Assembly: GCA_963727485.1 (NCBI GenBank)
Contig: CAVSGM010000002.1
Span: 736,001-800,000 of the forward strand
Origin: an uncultured delta proteobacterium
GTDB taxonomy: Bacteria > Myxococcota > Myxococcia > SLRQ01
Reading direction: 5' to 3'
Length of the DNA stretch: 64,000 nt
The notes beneath the pieces are model-generated. The model did not search any database and was not told the DNA's origin. It saw nothing but the letters and a program-made list of their open reading frames with translations. The number at the start of each line of letters is the position of its first letter. Positions within the stretch are counted from its first letter, which is position 1. The position numbers and the translations under genes are program-made. This document shows positions 1 to 11,599 of the stretch, piece after piece.

Positions 1-2
1 TG

Positions 3-2456
3 CCCTACCTCTACTTCAACTGGGCCTTCCTCCGCCTGGGCCTGCCGCTGGCCCGCTACGTCAACGGCGTGGGGGCGTTTGCCGCCGGCCTCTTCGGCCG
101 CGGCCTCAAGCCCGACCGCCCCGCGGCCCGGGCCCCGAGCGGCACCGCCGCCGACGAGGCGCGCCTGGAGGCCACCGTCGCCCGGGACCACCCGGCGCTG
201 GTCTTCCTCTGGCACCGGGGCCCGGCGCTCTCCGGGCGCAAGGACACCTTCGGCAGCGACCACGCCGCGGCCCTGGTGCGCCTCCAGCGCGAGCAGGAGC
301 GCCCCATCTTCCTCGTCCCCACCCTGCTCCTCTTCGGCCAGCGCCCCAAGAGCCGCGGCGCCCGGCCCGGGGTCTTCGACATCGTCTTCGGCAACCGCGA
401 GGCCCCGGGGCGCGTCCGGGCGCTCCTGGCGTTCCTGCGCTACCGGCGCACCGCCTGGGTGAAGCTCGGGGACCCGGTGGACCTGAAGGCCTTGGTCGGC
501 GATCACGGCGACCAGCCAGACGCCCGCCTCGGCCGGATGGTCCGCGGGAGCCTCGCCCAGTACCTCGCCCGGGAGGAGCGGGTGGTCATCGGGCCGCCTC
601 TCAAGGACCCGAAGCGCCTCCAGATGGAGCTCCTCCGGGACCACCGCCTCGATGACCGGCTGGTGGAGATCGCCCGGGCCCAGGACCGGCGCGTCGCCGA
701 CGTCCGCCGGGAGGCGCGCCGGGACCTCCGGGAGATCGGCGCCCGCTACGCCCCGAGCCTCATCGCCATCCTCGACCGGGTCCTCGGCTGGGTCTTCCAC
801 CGGATCTACGACGGCATCGACGTCGACGAGGCGGGCCTCGCCCGGGTGGCCGAGGCCGCCAAGGCCGGGCCCCTGGTCCTCTGCCCCAGCCACCGCTCCC
901 ACGTCGACTACCTGGTGCTCTCGTGGGTCTTCTACCGGCACGGGCTGATGCCCCCGCACATCGCCGCCGGGAAGAACCTCTCGTTCTGGCCGCTGGGGCC
1001 CCTGCTCCGCCGCGCCGGCGCCTTCTTCCTCCGGCGCAGCTTCAAGGACGACCCGGTGTACTCGGCGGTGTTCCGGGCCTACGTGAAGAAGCTCCTGCGC
1101 GAGGGCTACAGCCAGGAGTTCTTCATCGAGGGGACCCGCAGCCGCACCGGGAAGATGCTCCCCCCGCGCCTGGGGATGGTGAGCTACGAGGTCGAGGCCT
1201 TCCTCGAGTGCAACCGCCGGGACGCGGCCTTCGTGCCCATCGCCATCTCCTACACCCGGGTCATCGAGGCCAAGAGCTACCGCGCCGAGGGGCTCGGCGC
1301 CGAGAAGCGCCCGGAGAACGTCCGGGGCCTCCTCGCCGCGCGCAAGATCCTCCGGGCACGCTACGGCCGCATCTTCATCCGCTTCGGCGAGCCCATCGCC
1401 CTCGCCGCCTTCCTCCAGGCGCGGGGCCTGGATCCCGAGGCCGCCGGGGTCGCCGGCGAGCCCCCACCCGACCCTGCGACCGTCCGCGGCGCCGTCCGCG
1501 ACCTCGCCTTCCACGTGGCCTACGGCATCGACCGGAGCGCCACCGTCCTCCCCACCACCCTGGCCGCCGCCGGGCTCCTGACCCAGCGGCGTCGGGGCCT
1601 CGAGCTCGAGGAGGTCCTCGACGCCGCGGGCTTCTTCGGGTGCCTCCTGCGCCAGGGCGGCCAGGCGCCGCTCTCCCCCGAGCTCACCTTCGACGACGCC
1701 GGGCGCCTGGACACGACCCCGGTGGCCCAGGCCGTGGACACCCTGGTCCAGGAGGGGGTCCTGGTCCGCCACCAGGTCAGCGGCCGGACCATCCTGGAGA
1801 CGGTCCCCGAGGGCCGGATGACCCTCGACTACTACAAGAACAGCCTGGTGGCCTTCCTCGGCGAGTCCGGCCTCATCGCCACCGCCCTCCTCGCCCGGCG
1901 CGGCCCCGACGGAGCGCCGGTGGCCACCCCCGAGGCCGAGGTCCGGGCCGGCGTGGGGACGCTCTCACGGCTCCTCTCCCGGGAGTTCGTGTTCCGCCCG
2001 GGCCTGGGCCTCGACGCGGCCTACGCGGGTGCCCTGGGCGAGCTCACGGACGCCGGGTGGGTGCACACCCGGGGCAAGCGGCCCCCGAAGCTCGAGGTCA
2101 CCGCCGAGGGGGAGGTGCCCCTGGCCCGGCTCCGGCTCCTGGTCCTCAACCTGGTCGAGGGCTACTGGCTCACCCTCCGGGCCGCCGCCGAGATGCTCGC
2201 CGGGGGCGCCGTCCCCGAGAAGGAGCTGGTGGCCCGGATCCTCGAGGAGGGCCGGGTCCTGGTGCTCACCGGGCGGGTCGCGGCCCCGGAGGCCCTGGCC
2301 AAGCCCCTGGTGCAGGCGGCCCTGGGGACCGCCGTCGACCGGGGCCTCCTCGCCCGGGAGGGCCGCCGGGGCGAGCGCCTGGCGGCCGCGGACCTGGAGG
2401 CGGTCACGGAGATGGTGCACGCCCTCGAGCCCTTCGTCGGCCAGGTGCTGACCTAG
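3..2456 (+). CDS. plsB: Glycerol-3-phosphate acyltransferase (5' end lies outside window)
   Basis: HxxxxD motif PSHRSHVDYL, AAGKNL, GAFFLRR and FIEGTRSRTGK blocks; frame is open back to the window start. Confidence 0.88.
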   Translation, partial: PYLYFNWAFLRLGLPLARYVNGVGAFAAGLFGRGLKPDRPAARAPSGTAADEARLEATVARDHPALVFLWHRGPALSGRKDTFGSDHAAALVRLQREQERPIFLVPTLLLFGQRPKSRGARPGVFDIVFGNREAPGRVRALLAFLRYRRTAWVKLGDPVDLKALVGDHGDQPDARLGRMVRGSLAQYLAREERVVIGPPLKDPKRLQMELLRDHRLDDRLVEIARAQDRRVADVRREARRDLREIGARYAPSLIAILDRVLGWVFHRIYDGIDVDEAGLARVAEAAKAGPLVLCPSHRSHVDYLVLSWVFYRHGLMPPHIAAGKNLSFWPLGPLLRRAGAFFLRRSFKDDPVYSAVFRAYVKKLLREGYSQEFFIEGTRSRTGKMLPPRLGMVSYEVEAFLECNRRDAAFVPIAISYTRVIEAKSYRAEGLGAEKRPENVRGLLAARKILRARYGRIFIRFGEPIALAAFLQARGLDPEAAGVAGEPPPDPATVRGAVRDLAFHVAYGIDRSATVLPTTLAAAGLLTQRRRGLELEEVLDAAGFFGCLLRQGGQAPLSPELTFDDAGRLDTTPVAQAVDTLVQEGVLVRHQVSGRTILETVPEGRMTLDYYKNSLVAFLGESGLIATALLARRGPDGAPVATPEAEVRAGVGTLSRLLSREFVFRPGLGLDAAYAGALGELTDAGWVHTRGKRPPKLEVTAEGEVPLARLRLLVLNLVEGYWLTLRAAAEMLAGGAVPEKELVARILEEGRVLVLTGRVAAPEALAKPLVQAALGTAVDRGLLAREGRRGERLAAADLEAVTEMVHALEPFVGQVLT

Positions 2457-2482
2457 CGCCCTGGGGCGCTGCGACCGCCGCC

Positions 2483-5045
2483 CTAGCCCTTCCGGCCGCC
2501 GGCCTCGAGGCGTGCCTCCAGGGCCCGGATCCGGTCCTCGAGCTTCCGGCCCTGCTCGGTGAGGGTCTCCACGTGCTGCTCCAGGCCGGCGACCTTCGGG
2601 TCCTCGGCGCCGCGGATCTCCGCGAGGACACCGTCGAGGTCCACCTGGTGCTGCCGCGAGAGGGTCGCCCGGTGGGCCTTCAGCGCCCCGAGGGCCTCGG
2701 TGGCCTTGAGGGTCTTGAGGGCCGTGACCGCCGCGCGCCGGACGTTCTCCACCGGGTCGCGCAGCAGGTCCTCACAGGCCTCCACCGCCTCCCGGCGCTG
2801 GGGCGGCGCCAGCCACGCACCGAGGGCACCGAGGGCGCGCACCGCCGCCGGCCGCGCCCGGTTGCTCGTGGCCCCGTGGCGCGCCCGCTCCCGGAGGAGC
2901 GGGAGGTACTCGGCGCGCCGGGTCTCCGCCAGGGCCTCGAAGGCCCCGCCCTGGGCGATGCCCTGGAACCCGTCGCGCCCGGCCGCCGCCTCCAGGCGCG
3001 CCCCGGGGGCGTCCTGGCGCTGGGCCCCGAGGACCTTGTAGGCGGCGGCGGTGGCCCTCGGCGGCAGCCCCGCGTCCAGGCGCCGTTCCACGACCTCGAC
3101 CACCCGGGGGTCCCGGTAGCGCCCCAGCGCCCCGAGGAGCGCCGCCACCACCCGGGCGTCGGGCTCCCCCGGGAGGCGCGCCAGGAGCGCCGCCAGGGCC
3201 ACCTCGGTCCCGGCCTTCCCCAGGGCGTCGGCCATCTCCACCCGTGCCCCCCAGAAGGCCTCGGTCGCCAGGGCGTCTCCCACCGCGGCGATGGCTCCGG
3301 GCCGGCCGCTGGCCACCAGGGTCCGCGCCGCGTGGATGCGGCCGATGACGTCCGGGGCCTCGGCGAGCTGGCGCCGCAGGCGGGGCTCCCCGGGGTCGAA
3401 GTCGAGCTTGCAGAGGACGGTGGCCTCGGGATCGAAGCGCACCTGGTCGGGCGCCTTGGCCATGGGCACCAGCACCGTGTGCTTCGCCTCGGTGAGCTCG
3501 ACGGGCACCACCTCGGTCTTCCCGTCCACGGTGAAGCCCACGTGGGAGTTCAGGTGGAAGACCGGGATCCCCGCCTCGGCGTCGACCTGGGTCTGCTCGA
3601 GGTCGAAGCGCCCCATCCCCGCCTCGGGGTCGTGGGAGAAGGTGACCTTGAGCTTCGGGTAGCCCTTCTGGTGCAGCCACTGGTCGAAGAAACGCCCCAG
3701 GCTCCGGCCGCTGGCCTGCTCCAGGGCCTTCCGGAAGTCGCTGGTCTCCACCACCCCCTGGGCGTGGGCCTCGAGGTAGTCGGTGGACCCCGGCCCAGAA
3801 CGAGGCCTCGCCCACCTCGGCCCGGAGCACGTGGAGGCGGGCGGCGCCACCCGGGTAGAGGTGGCGGTCGAAGAGCTGCCACGAGGAGCGGAAGTGCCGG
3901 TCCACCACCGGCCGCAGGTAGCTCGCGTCGGCCTCGGCGAAGTAGTCCTCGCCGTGGCGGAAGAAGAGGTAGCGGCCCTCGTCGTCGCCGTAGGTGTCCT
4001 CGAGCCAGCACTGCTCCATGAACGTGGCCCAGCTCTCCTTGAGCCAGGCGTGGCTGAAGTCGCGGACCACCAGGAGGTCGCCGAAGTAGCTGTGGGCCAT
4101 CTCGTGGGCGTTGACCTGCTCCACCCGGAGGCCGATCTCGGTGGCCAGCGCCTCGTCGAGGAGGAACTGGTCGTCCCAGCTCACCAGGGAGATGTTCTCC
4201 ATGGCGCCGCCGAGCCCCGGGAGCGCGAACTGGAAGTACTTGGGGAAGGGGAAGTCCATCCGAAGCTTCTTCGTCATCCACCCCAAGAGGTCCCGGGTGC
4301 GGCCGAAGGTGCGCGCCAGGTGGCCGGCGTCGAAGGGCGCGGCGGTGAAGTAGCTCACCGGCCGGCCCTCGAAGTCCCCGTCGTCGAGGCGGACGAAGTC
4401 GCCGAGGGCGAAGCAGAGGATGTAGCTGGGGCAGCGCTGCTCCAGCTTCCAGTGCGCCGTGTGGGTGCCGTCGCCGTGGTCGACGTCCTCGACCAGGGCG
4501 CCGTTGGCGAGGATGGTGAGCCCGGTGGCGGCCCGGAGGTGGAACTCGAGGGTGGTGCGCACCGTGGGCAGGTCCACGCAGGGCAGCCAGTGCCGCGCCC
4601 GCTCGGTCTCGTGATCGGTGGCGGCGAAGCGCGGGGCCTTCGGGTAGGCCTCGTCGGGGCGGGAGAAGAAGAGGCCGGTGGCCGGCCGGGTCACCCGGTA
4701 GCGCACCGCCACCCGGCGGGTCTCCCCCTCGGGGACGCCGTCGGGCCAGTCGAGGCGCAGCCGCTCGCCGTCGTAGTCGGAGGTGAGGAGGTGGCCGTCG
4801 GGGTCGGTGACCGCGACGTCCTCGAAACCCACCGCGTCGAGGGTGAGGGCCCGGGCGCCGGGGCGCCTTGCGAGGACCGTGGTGGTCACCGTGCCCTCGG
4901 CGGTGGCGGCCTCGAGGTCGACGGCGAGGTCGATGTCGAGGTGGACCGGCTCGAGGCCGAGGTCGGGGGCGTACTGGGCCTCGGCCCCCTCGGCGAAGGG
5001 GCGGGGGCCGGCGGCGGCGCAGGCGTGGGTCTTTTGGGTGGACAT
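2483..5045 (-). CDS. pepN: M1-family aminopeptidase with C-terminal HEAT repeats and coiled coil; frameshift near 3785
   Basis: GAMEN and HEMAH..E zinc motif in ORF 2772..5045; the C-terminal half (DYLEAHAQGVVETSDF, HEAT repeats) continues in ORF 2483..3850 after one extra C (gtc-c-acc-gac-tac). Confidence 0.88.
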
Positions 5046-5109
5046 GGGGCGGTCCTAGCCGCTCGCCGGGCCGAGGGCAACCGGGCGTGGCGACGCCGCC
5101 GGGCCCCGG

Positions 5110-6933
5110 TCACTCGTGGACGTGGCCCACGGCGTCGTCGGCGCCGGTGGCCCGGGCCACCTCGGCGATGTCCACCGCCCCCGCCGGGGCCAGGGCCTTG
5201 ATCGTCGCCTGGACCCGCGCCCGCCCCCGCCACCAGTTGAAGCCCAGGGTGAAGGCGAGGTCCACCGGGCCCCGGGCGATGGTGTCGAGCTCGCCCCCGA
5301 GGTCGAAGCCGATGGCCTCCACCTCCCCGAGGCGCGCCTTGAGGTGGCCGGGACCGTCGTCTCGCCGGCCCACCAGGTGGCCACCTTCGAGCTGCGCCCC
5401 CCGGACCACCAGGACCGGCGCCGGGTGGCCCATGCCAAACGGCGCCAGGCGCTCCACCGCGGCGCAGAGCTCCCAGGTGAGGTCGGCCGGGTCCACCTCG
5501 GCGTCGGCCCGGAGGATGGGCACCAGGTCCTCGGGGTCGAGGCGATCGGCGCAGATCGCCTCGAACTCGGCCTGGAAGGCACCCAGCTCGCCCGCCGGGA
5601 GCTCCAGGCCCGCGGCGGCCCGGTGGCCCCCGTAGCGCGTCAGGTGCCCCTCACAGGCCACCAGGGCGTCGTGGAGGTGGAAGCCGGCGTAGGAGCGCCC
5701 GGAGCCCCGGGCCTTCCCGTCCTCGAGGGCCAGGACCAGGGCCGGGCGGTGGAAGCGCTCGACGATCCGCGAGGCCACGATGCCCACCACGCCCCGGTGC
5801 CACCCCTCGCCGGCGAGGACCAGGCCCCGGAGCGCCGGGTCCCGGGTCTCGGCCAGGGCCGCCGCCTCGCCGAGGATGCGCCGCTCGATCTCCCGGCGCT
5901 CGGTGTTGGCCCGGTCCAGGGCCTCGGCCAGCGGCATCGCCTCGGCCTCGGTCTCGGCGAGGAGGAGCCGGAGGCCGGCCCGGGCGTCGTCCAGGCGCCC
6001 GGCGGCGTTGATCCTCGGCCCCAGGCGGAAGCCCACCTGCCCGGCGGTGACCTGCCCGGCCTCGACCCCGGCGACGGCCTTGAGGGCCCGGATCCCGGGT
6101 CGGCGCCCCTCGGCGAGGAGCTGGAGCCCGTGGGCCACCAGGACCCGGTTCTCGTCCTGGAGGGGCACCACGTCGGCGACGGTGCCGAGCGCCACCAGGT
6201 CGAGGAACTGCTTGAGGTTCGGCTCGGAGAGGCCCCGGTCCGTGAACCAGCCCGCGTCCCGGAGGGTCCGGCGCAAGGCCAGGAGCAGGTTGAACACCAC
6301 CCCCACCGCGGCGAGGTGCTGGAAGGGGAAGTCACAGCCGGCCTGGTAGGGGTTGAGGATCGCCGCGGCCCGGGGGAGGGTCGCCGGGACCCGGTGGTGG
6401 TCGATGACCACCACGTCGACCCCCAGGGCCACCGCCCGGTCGACCTCCTCCACCGCCGTGACCCCGCAGTCGCAGGTGACCAGCAGCCGCGTCCCCTGCC
6501 CCGCCAGGCGCTCCACCGCGTCGAGGTTGAGGCCGTAGCCCTCCTCGAGGCGCCGGGGGATGTAGGCGTCCACGTCCGCCCCCACCGCGCCCAGGAAGCG
6601 CACCAGGGACGCCGTGGAGGTCACCCCGTCGACGTCGTAGTCGCCGTAGACGGTGATCCGCTCCCCGGCCTCGAGGGCGCGCCGGAGCCGGGCCACCGCC
6701 CGGTCCATGTCCTTGAGGCGGAAGGGATCGTGGAGGCTGCCGAGGTCCGGCGAGAGGAACGCCGCGGCGGCCTCGGGATCGCCGAGGCCCCGGGCCACCA
6801 GCACCCGGGCCACGAGCTCCGGGAGCCCCAGGGCCGAGGCGAGGCGCCGGGCCAGGGCCGCGTCCACCTGGGCGACGCGCCACCGGGGAGGCGCGGAGGG
6901 AAAGCGGGCGATCGCAGCGATGGGTTCAGCCAA
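5110..6933 (-). CDS. recJ: ssDNA-specific exonuclease RecJ
   Basis: GDYDVDG, DCG, DHH, GTVADVVPL, GPRINAAGRL and GGH motifs. Confidence 0.96.
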   Translation of the reverse strand: MAEPIAAIARFPSAPPRWRVAQVDAALARRLASALGLPELVARVLVARGLGDPEAAAAFLSPDLGSLHDPFRLKDMDRAVARLRRALEAGERITVYGDYDVDGVTSTASLVRFLGAVGADVDAYIPRRLEEGYGLNLDAVERLAGQGTRLLVTCDCGVTAVEEVDRAVALGVDVVVIDHHRVPATLPRAAAILNPYQAGCDFPFQHLAAVGVVFNLLLALRRTLRDAGWFTDRGLSEPNLKQFLDLVALGTVADVVPLQDENRVLVAHGLQLLAEGRRPGIRALKAVAGVEAGQVTAGQVGFRLGPRINAAGRLDDARAGLRLLLAETEAEAMPLAEALDRANTERREIERRILGEAAALAETRDPALRGLVLAGEGWHRGVVGIVASRIVERFHRPALVLALEDGKARGSGRSYAGFHLHDALVACEGHLTRYGGHRAAAGLELPAGELGAFQAEFEAICADRLDPEDLVPILRADAEVDPADLTWELCAAVERLAPFGMGHPAPVLVVRGAQLEGGHLVGRRDDGPGHLKARLGEVEAIGFDLGGELDTIARGPVDLAFTLGFNWWRGRARVQATIKALAPAGAVDIAEVARATGADDAVGHVHE

Positions 6934-7018
6934 GGTGCCGCCGGGTTACCGGACCCGGCGGCGTCCTTCAAGCCTTGACAACCGGGGGACGGCCACCGGG
7001 CCGCCCCGTCCCGGGTGA

Positions 7019-8194
<1,176 letters not shown>

Positions 8195-8207
8195 GTCAGG
8201 ACCCCGG

Positions 8208-9995
8208 TCAGATGCTCACGGTCTCGCGCTGACCGCGGTTCACGGCATCCATGAACACGCGGCTGGCGAACACGCCGCAGAAGAGGGTGGCGACGATGCC
8301 GGCGAGCAGGGTCACGGCGAACCCGCGGATGGGCCCGGTGCCGTACTGCAGGAGCACGAAGGCGGCGATGCCGGTGGTGAGGTTGCCGTCGAGGATGGCG
8401 CTGAAGGCCTTGGCGAACCCGGAGTCGATGGCGGCGCGGGCGGTCTTGCCCACGTCGATCTCCTCGCGGATCCGTTCGTAGATGATCACGTTGGCGTCGA
8501 CGGCCATGCCGATGGTGAGGACGATGCCGGCGAGGCCCGGGAGGGTCAGGGTGGCCCCGAAGGCCGCGAGCATCGCCAGGAGGAAGAAGACGTTCATCAC
8601 CAGGGTGAGGTCGGCGAGGAACCCGCTGGTCTTGTAGTAGAAGGCGGTGAAGAGGAGGACGATGGCCGCGCCGATGAGCAGCGCCTCGACACCGGAGCGG
8701 ATGAGGTCGGGGCCGAGGCTGGCGCCGACGCTGCGCTCCTCGAGGATCCGCACCGGGGCCGGCAGGGCGCCGGCCTTGAGGACCAGCACCAGGTCGTTGG
8801 CCTCCTTGAGGACCTCGTTGTAGGGCTTGAGGCCGCCGAGCTCGATGGAGGCGCGGCCGCCGGTGATGGGCTCCTGGATGATCGGCGCCGAGTTCACCGT
8901 GTCGTCGAGGACGATGGCCATGCGCCGGTGGACGTTGGCGGTGGTGAGGTCACCGAAGGCCTTGGCGCCCTGGTGGTCGAACTCGACCGCGACGTAGGGA
9001 CGGTTGCCCTTCTGGGGGTTCATCTCCACCCGGGCGTCGACCAGGGCGTCGCCGGTGACCGGGGCCTTGCGGGAGAGGATGTACGAGCGGTAGGTCGCCG
9101 GCTTGCCCGGGAGCTCGTCCTTCTCGAAGGCCATCATGGTGTCGTCCGGGGCGAAGGACATCAGGGCGTCCCGGGCCTTCTGGAGGGCCTGCCGGTCCTG
9201 GGACTCGAGGTACCAGGCCTTGATCTCCTTGCCCCCGGGGCCGTAGCCGGTCTCCGGGTGGAGCGAGACGGTGGCGGGGATCTTGCCGGCCTTCTGGAGG
9301 TCGGCGAAGTGCTGGTCGAGGTAGCCGGTCTCCTGGTCCTCGACGACGCGGAACTCGAGCTGGGCGGTCTTGCCGAGCAGATCCTTGGCCCGGTCGGGAT
9401 CCTTCACGCCCGGGAGCTGGATGAGGACCTGGTTCTCGCCCCGGCGGGCGATCTGGGGCTCGGTGACACCCCACTGGTCCACGCGGTTGCGGATGGTCTT
9501 CACCGCCTGGTCCACCGCCTGGGAGCGCGTCTTGTCCAGGAACTTGGGCTTGAACGCCAGGGTCAAATCGCCCGCCGAGCCGGTGGCGACCATGTCCCCG
9601 TAGTAGTCCATCACCACGCTCTTGAACTTGCCGAGCTCGCCGGCCGGGAGCTTGAGGTGCAGGACGGGATTCTTCCGGTCCGGCTCGATGGAGGTGATGG
9701 TGACCTTCTTCTCCTTGGCGTAGCGGGTGATCTCGTCCGCGCGCCGGGAGGCCTTGTCCATCACCGCCTTCTCCACCTCGACGCCCATCACCAGGTGGAT
9801 GCCACCCTGGAGGTCGAGGCCGAGGTTGAGGTGCTTCTTGGGAAGCCACCCCGGCACCTTGGCGCGGAACGCCGCCTCATTGCCCCGCTGGGCCTTGGGC
9901 ATGCGGAAATAGATGACCGTGGGCGCCAGCACCCACCCCGCGAGGAGCAGGAGGGCCACCACGAGCCCGAACCGGTAGAACCATCTGCAATCCAT
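8208..9995 (-). CDS. secD: Protein translocase subunit SecD
   Basis: LGLDLQGG, IQLPG, GMAVDANVIIYERIREE, GPIRGFA. Confidence 0.96.
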   Translation of the reverse strand: MDCRWFYRFGLVVALLLLAGWVLAPTVIYFRMPKAQRGNEAAFRAKVPGWLPKKHLNLGLDLQGGIHLVMGVEVEKAVMDKASRRADEITRYAKEKKVTITSIEPDRKNPVLHLKLPAGELGKFKSVVMDYYGDMVATGSAGDLTLAFKPKFLDKTRSQAVDQAVKTIRNRVDQWGVTEPQIARRGENQVLIQLPGVKDPDRAKDLLGKTAQLEFRVVEDQETGYLDQHFADLQKAGKIPATVSLHPETGYGPGGKEIKAWYLESQDRQALQKARDALMSFAPDDTMMAFEKDELPGKPATYRSYILSRKAPVTGDALVDARVEMNPQKGNRPYVAVEFDHQGAKAFGDLTTANVHRRMAIVLDDTVNSAPIIQEPITGGRASIELGGLKPYNEVLKEANDLVLVLKAGALPAPVRILEERSVGASLGPDLIRSGVEALLIGAAIVLLFTAFYYKTSGFLADLTLVMNVFFLLAMLAAFGATLTLPGLAGIVLTIGMAVDANVIIYERIREEIDVGKTARAAIDSGFAKAFSAILDGNLTTGIAAFVLLQYGTGPIRGFAVTLLAGIVATLFCGVFASRVFMDAVNRGQRETVSI

Positions 9996-10023
9996 CGATG
10001 CCTCCGGCGGCTGCGCCGCCTGG

Positions 10024-10386
10024 TTACTTCTTGTCGGCGTCGTCCGCCGACTCGCCCGCCTCGTTGAAGAGACCGGCCACCTGCTGCTTGAGCACCCGGA
10101 CGCGGACGTCCCGGGCCACCTCGAGGGTGACGATCCGGTCGGTCACGGCGTGGATGCGGCCGACGAGCCCACCCTGGGTCACCACCTCATCGCCCTTCTT
10201 GAGGCCGGTGAGGAGGGTCTGGTGCTGCTTCGCCTGCTTCTGCTGCGGGCGGATGAGTAGGAAGTAGATGACCGCGAACATCAGCACGAGCGGAAGGATC
10301 TGCGCCGCGGCACAGCCCGCTCCGCCGCCCGGGCCACCGGGGGCCTGCTGGGCCAAAAAGGCGTGCAGTAGGTCTCGCAAGTGCAT
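10024..10386 (-). CDS. yajC: Preprotein translocase subunit YajC
   Basis: YFLLIRPQQK..LKKGDEVVTQGGLVG; lies between tgt and secD; GGAGG RBS. Confidence 0.95.
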   Translation of the reverse strand: MHLRDLLHAFLAQQAPGGPGGGAGCAAAQILPLVLMFAVIYFLLIRPQQKQAKQHQTLLTGLKKGDEVVTQGGLVGRIHAVTDRIVTLEVARDVRVRVLKQQVAGLFNEAGESADDADKK

Positions 10387-10411
10387 TTCTCGGGCCTCCT
10401 GGGAAGGCGCT

Positions 10412-10440
10412 CACATACCACCCATGGGTGGGCCCCACAA
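10412..10440 (-). promoter_or_regulatory. Putative sigma70 promoter for yajC-secDF with a 14-bp palindrome in the spacer
   Basis: Minus strand TTGTGG-17nt-TATGTG with extended TG; CCACCCATGGGTGG at 10418-10431. Confidence 0.4.
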
Positions 10441-10460
10441 GGGCGGGATGGCGCCTTCGA

Positions 10461-11588
10461 TCAGTCGGGGCCGGCCGCGTAAGCGTCCAGAAACGCAGCG
10501 GCGAAGGCGGCGTACTCCCCAGCCTCGATGGCCGCCCGGGCCTGGCGCACCAGCCGGTCGTAGAACCAGAGGTTGTGGAGGGTGTTCAGGCGCAGGCCCG
10601 TGAGCTCCCCGGACCGGAAGAGATGACGCAGGTAGGCCCGGCTGTAGGTGCGGCACACCGGGCACGCGCAGGCCTCGTCCGGGGGCCGCTCGTCCTCGGC
10701 GTAGCGGGCGTTGCGGATCACCAGCCGCCCCCGGGAGGTGAAGAGCAGCCCGTTCCGGGCGGTCCGGGTGGGCAGGACGCAGTCGAACATGTCGACGCCG
10801 AGGCCAATGCACCGGACCAGGTCCTCGGGGGTGCCCACGCCCATGAGGTAGCGGGGGCGATCGGCCGGGAGCAGGCCCGCGGTGAAGCCCGCGTACTCCC
10901 ACATCAGATCCCGGGTCTCGCCCACCGAGAGGCCCCCGATGGCGTAGCCGGGGAGGTCCCGGGCGCAGACCTCCTCGGCGTGGCGGCGGCGCAGCGCCGG
11001 GTCGTGGGCCCCCTGGACGATCCCGAAGAGGCTCCCGTCGCCCTCCCCCGCCCGCCAGGCGGTCACGCAGCGATCGAGCCACCGGGTGGTCCGGTCGAGG
11101 GACGCCTCGAGGTAGGCCTTGGAGGCGTCGGCGGCCGGGCACTCGTCGAAGGCCATGATCACGTCGCTGCCGAGGGCGAGCTGGATCTCCATGGACAGCT
11201 CGGGGGTGAGCAGGTGCCGGGCCCCGTCGAGGTGGCTGGCGAAGGCCACGCCCTCCTCGGTGATCTTCCGGCGCTCGGCGAGGCTGAAGACCTGGAAGCC
11301 CCCCGAGTCGGTGAGGATGTTCCGCGGCCAGCTCATGAACCGGTGGAGGCCGCCCCGGGCGCGGATCAGGGCGTGCCCGGGCCGCAGGAAGAGGTGGTAG
11401 GTGTTCCCCAGGAGGATCCGGATGTCGAGGGTCTCCTCGAGGTCGACCCGGTCCATCCCCTTCACCGTGCCGGCGGTCCCCACGGGCATGAACACCGGCG
11501 TCTCCACCGGCCCGTGGGGCAGGTGGAGGCGGCCCCGGCGCGCCCCGGCGGGATCGGTGGCGAGGAGCTCGAAGCGGGCGGGGGCCAC
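10461..11588 (-). CDS. tgt: tRNA-guanine transglycosylase
   Basis: TPVFMPVGT, NTYHL, TDSGGFQVFSL, DMFDCVLPTR, CACPVC..HN zinc site; GTG start at 11588 (ORF-track extension to 12854 is spurious). Confidence 0.95.
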   Translation of the reverse strand: MAPARFELLATDPAGARRGRLHLPHGPVETPVFMPVGTAGTVKGMDRVDLEETLDIRILLGNTYHLFLRPGHALIRARGGLHRFMSWPRNILTDSGGFQVFSLAERRKITEEGVAFASHLDGARHLLTPELSMEIQLALGSDVIMAFDECPAADASKAYLEASLDRTTRWLDRCVTAWRAGEGDGSLFGIVQGAHDPALRRRHAEEVCARDLPGYAIGGLSVGETRDLMWEYAGFTAGLLPADRPRYLMGVGTPEDLVRCIGLGVDMFDCVLPTRTARNGLLFTSRGRLVIRNARYAEDERPPDEACACPVCRTYSRAYLRHLFRSGELTGLRLNTLHNLWFYDRLVRQARAAIEAGEYAAFAAAFLDAYAAGPD

Positions 11589-11599
11589 GGCGCTGCCCG

